Assembly (NCBI GenBank): GCA_947177775.1
Contig: CAMWVS010000007.1
Span: forward strand, 4,558-68,557
DNA: 64,000 nucleotides
DNA from: an uncultured Prevotella sp.
GTDB taxonomy: Bacteria; Bacteroidota; Bacteroidia; Bacteroidales; Bacteroidaceae
Direction of reading: 5' to 3'
Positions 62,201 through 64,000 of the stretch are shown here, in pieces; the first letter of the stretch is position 1, and each line of letters begins with the position of its first letter. A program made the position numbers and the translations under genes. The notes under the pieces are model-generated. The model saw only the letters and a program-made list of their open reading frames with translations, was not told where the DNA came from and did no database searches.

Positions 62201-63824
62201 CATACTTGACCATCATAGTGTTCGTTCCATATCCGCTGCCGCCGGGCGAACCGAGCATCTCGCGCTGCAAATCGCCGTCCCACCACAGGGCTTCATGCGG
62301 ATAGGCGGTCTCGCCTTCCTTGATTATATTTCCCTTGCAGTCATAAAGATTGGGTATCATGGAGAATATCTCATATCCCTTGTGGTCAGGGTCGACGTCG
62401 ATGCAACGGCCGCGGGCAACGTCATAGACCGACGGCAGATACCACTCCTTGATGTGCTCACCCGTCCGTGCGTCATAAAGCACCTGACCGAGGAGCGCGC
62501 TCTGCTGGATGGCGAAAACCTCCATGCCGGGGCGTTCGGGGTCGATGTCGGCCACGTCGAAACGGTCGCCGTGGGCAATGCCGGCACTGTAGACCATTCC
62601 CTTGACGGGATTGACACCGAAGCCGCCTTCGAGCATCTCGTCGATGCCGTCGCCGTCGGTGTCAGCCACGCGCAGCTGATGGAACTCCGCCGCATGGGGA
62701 GTCTTGCCGTTGCGGCTCCACGTGTAATTGTGGTGCCAGTTTGAAGGACGACCGCCAACCCAGTCGTATTCCCACGACAGCATATAATAATGATGACCGT
62801 CAGACTTCCGTCGGTTGTATGCCTCGACAGCCAACGACGGATGGATTCCGTCGAAATAGCACACCACAAACTTCGAACTGAGGAAAGCATACTCCGTTCC
62901 CTCGGCATCGTCGTAATAGTCAGAACGATTGTCGCGGCTGTACTGATCGCTGCCGTCCTGAACTTCTTCATACTTCAATTCGCTGCAATCTATCTCCCGT
63001 CCCGTTCTGCCGTCCACGACCGATACATAGTACGGAGGATTGCGTTTCGTCTGCTTCCTATAGTTGACGATACCGTCACCATCGGTGTCGGCCGTTGTGC
63101 TGCCGTTGGCATAAAGTCCCCATGTTCCGGCTGTAGCGTCCCAGAACCGGGTGGCATCGCTGCTTCGGATGATGACCTCGCAACGGCCGTCGCAGTTGAT
63201 GTCATAGACAGTGACCATATCGTTCTGACCGGCACAGATGTCGACATTGGGCCCCATGTCGATGGTCCACAGACATGTTCCGTCAAGAAGATAGGCCTGC
63301 AGCTTGTGGCTCAGCCCTTCGCTGCCGGAATAGAGACGGTCGGCAAGCACGGCGTCAATCTCACCGTTTCCGTCGAGATCCATCGGCCACGCATACTTGC
63401 ATTTGTAGTCATTGGGATTGAGCACGGTGGTCTCGAAGTCGAAATCGAAGAACACGTCCTTGTAGGCCTGTTGGCGGAAGAGGAACGGATTGCTCTTCTC
63501 ACTCTCAACTCCGCCGGCCACCACGGTCACGGCAAGTTCCGTTCCGTATGGCACAACCGAGCGTGTTGTCTGATAGTTCGTCGTCGTGATAGGTTCGGCA
63601 TTCACCTTGGTATAATCTGCTGCCCCTTGTGTCCGCTTATACAAATTGTACGTGCATTTCTCCGGTTCCTGCGCCAGTTTGCGCCATGTGACCAACACCT
63701 CCTGGCGCGCATTGTCTGTCACAGCCACAACGGCACGCCCCAGCTTCTGCTGTATGCGCTGTGCCGACACTGTTGCTGGCAGAAGTGCGGCAACCACGAG
63801 AAGACCTAATGTTAATCTCTTCAT
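59253..63824 (-). CDS. Large PL11-like lyase with autotransporter-associated beta-strand repeats and T9SS-like C-terminal domain
   Basis: QKLGRAVVA, HGDRF, GDITGDWREEV, YYQMP; repeats such as VTKNGSGEV....SDYTGPTVINGGTL; C-terminus VYSVDG...LPAGVYVVNGRKVVKR. Confidence 0.82.
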   Translation of the reverse strand: MKRLTLGLLVVAALLPATVSAQRIQQKLGRAVVAVTDNARQEVLVTWRKLAQEPEKCTYNLYKRTQGAADYTKVNAEPITTTNYQTTRSVVPYGTELAVTVVAGGVESEKSNPFLFRQQAYKDVFFDFDFETTVLNPNDYKCKYAWPMDLDGNGEIDAVLADRLYSGSEGLSHKLQAYLLDGTCLWTIDMGPNVDICAGQNDMVTVYDINCDGRCEVIIRSSDATRFWDATAGTWGLYANGSTTADTDGDGIVNYRKQTKRNPPYYVSVVDGRTGREIDCSELKYEEVQDGSDQYSRDNRSDYYDDAEGTEYAFLSSKFVVCYFDGIHPSLAVEAYNRRKSDGHHYYMLSWEYDWVGGRPSNWHHNYTWSRNGKTPHAAEFHQLRVADTDGDGIDEMLEGGFGVNPVKGMVYSAGIAHGDRFDVADIDPERPGMEVFAIQQSALLGQVLYDARTGEHIKEWYLPSVYDVARGRCIDVDPDHKGYEIFSMIPNLYDCKGNIIKEGETAYPHEALWWDGDLQREMLGSPGGSGYGTNTMMVKYDGTRLIEFSKQSNWAVHSGWANRPAFMGDITGDWREEVILMKQNAETSTGLVGYSTDIPTQYSIYTLMEDQHYRLDCTGRGYYQMPCTSFYLGGDMPYPPLPPTMTADLRWTGGAAWTQGGQGFTTFDQTAAQPYADGKTVIFDISGRNDAIIDLGGVLRPKAVYVMSPLGHDYQFGGSGQLAGDMTLYKSMEGTAMFSCDLNHTGGTEISEGSLVVNGTIAGPVSLRAKGTLGGNVTVNGPITFEGALNYEGCRLRPAGTDGVMTFGRDLVLPGNVYIEVDAADGRCGRLSVKGNLTFEGENIFTVRQTDIAEGDYVLAECTGELTADVAKFKTRGLTGVNYTIRVEQQRVVLSVSATRAPAKNVVWTGGENGVWDYKTDNFAIAGEPTVFVTGDEVVFNDDASVRTVTVNDDVVAGGVTFDVTDGTYTVTGEGGISGSCGVTKNGSGEVRMNLKNSDYTGPTVINGGTLTVTNLFDGGQRSAIGASSAAEGNLRINGGTLKLEADNMATDRIVTLADTATIIVANASGSLSLKGQVKGEGYLVKDGPGQLNFTYGGTNSFAGVIVRRGIIAQGEWNATFGRVGSPMELAGGEVHLINMNNSSTRPIFNYVATAKEGTSSFIKGTTRGAINGSFRGKGNITILSSGVRNDIGADFSAFEGQLTAQGENFRLMDNVTNMSKTAVVMDAGCKMSHYASNGSQTRAITTRIGSLASTAKDCVLGNGVDSYEVGHNGTDATYAGLLKAKTVSKYGDGVWTLTTAGSTSDVNVCAGTLQLYNSPYSLSSNPFSDGRVTVKDGGTLTGMGCAGDVTVNRGGTVMAGYRGSYGTLKATGTVTLEEGSRLVVKVGFLSSSPYNDSYSFTGSVIHGGETIVIVLDDARVLETGEELTLFKNVASMTGTYTIRTEGGTQTITWDDSELLTRGVLRVASATASINGITSADGKADVYSVDGLLLRKDVALAEALDGLPAGVYVVNGRKVVKR

Positions 63825-63968
63825 AATGGTTTAATTGTTTTAGTTGTTATTCATAGAATATTATGTCTGCAAAACATTATCATGCACAAAATTATATAAA
63901 TACGCAAACAATAATACAGGAAAATCGTACGAAAGTCTGTAATATCGTACGGAAAACTATATTAGTTA

Positions 63969-64000
63969 AGAGTTCAGAGTGATGAGTGAAGAGGTATGAT
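63969..64000. repeat. ATCATACCTCTT-family repeat, truncated by window edge
   Basis: Reverse complement matches 11778-11809 at 30/32. Confidence 0.75.

Noticed and set aside
57000-62744. Long antisense ORFs (663 aa and 874 aa) opposite the PL11 genes
   Set aside because: Shadow ORFs expected from GC-rich codon bias; no recognisable motifs

Overview
GC-rich Bacteroidota chromosome segment, most likely Prevotellaceae (TAnnTTTG -7 promoters, hmu operon, HTCS, T9SS-like C-terminal domain). Left to right: SIMPL protein, lipoprotein, fabI; a minus-strand MoxR/DUF58/DUF4350/DUF4129/SpoIIM cluster with a divergent RDD gene, followed by SprT-like and PAP2 genes; panE; dxs-trkA-trkH; a PARIS-like ABC-ATPase plus TOPRIM (DUF4435) pair; EamA, YitT, clpB, ferritin, flavoprotein, carbonic anhydrase; a TPP-riboswitch-controlled thiamine TonB receptor with PnuC; HD protein, class I fumarase, pabB/pabC; hmuYRSTUV preceded by an extra lipoprotein; and an HTCS-linked rhamnogalacturonan-I locus (GH27, GH78, GH28, two PL11). 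No tRNA, rRNA, CRISPR array or transposase was seen. The most unusual signal is non-coding: a dispersed ~350-380 bp intergenic element with a core of five 22-bp palindromic units. Two copies align over 354 bp with no gaps at about 70% flank identity (manual count), and a third locus has the same core. Other unrelated intergenic repeats also show a 22-bp period, and several long inverted repeats occur. Product names come from motif recognition, not database searches.
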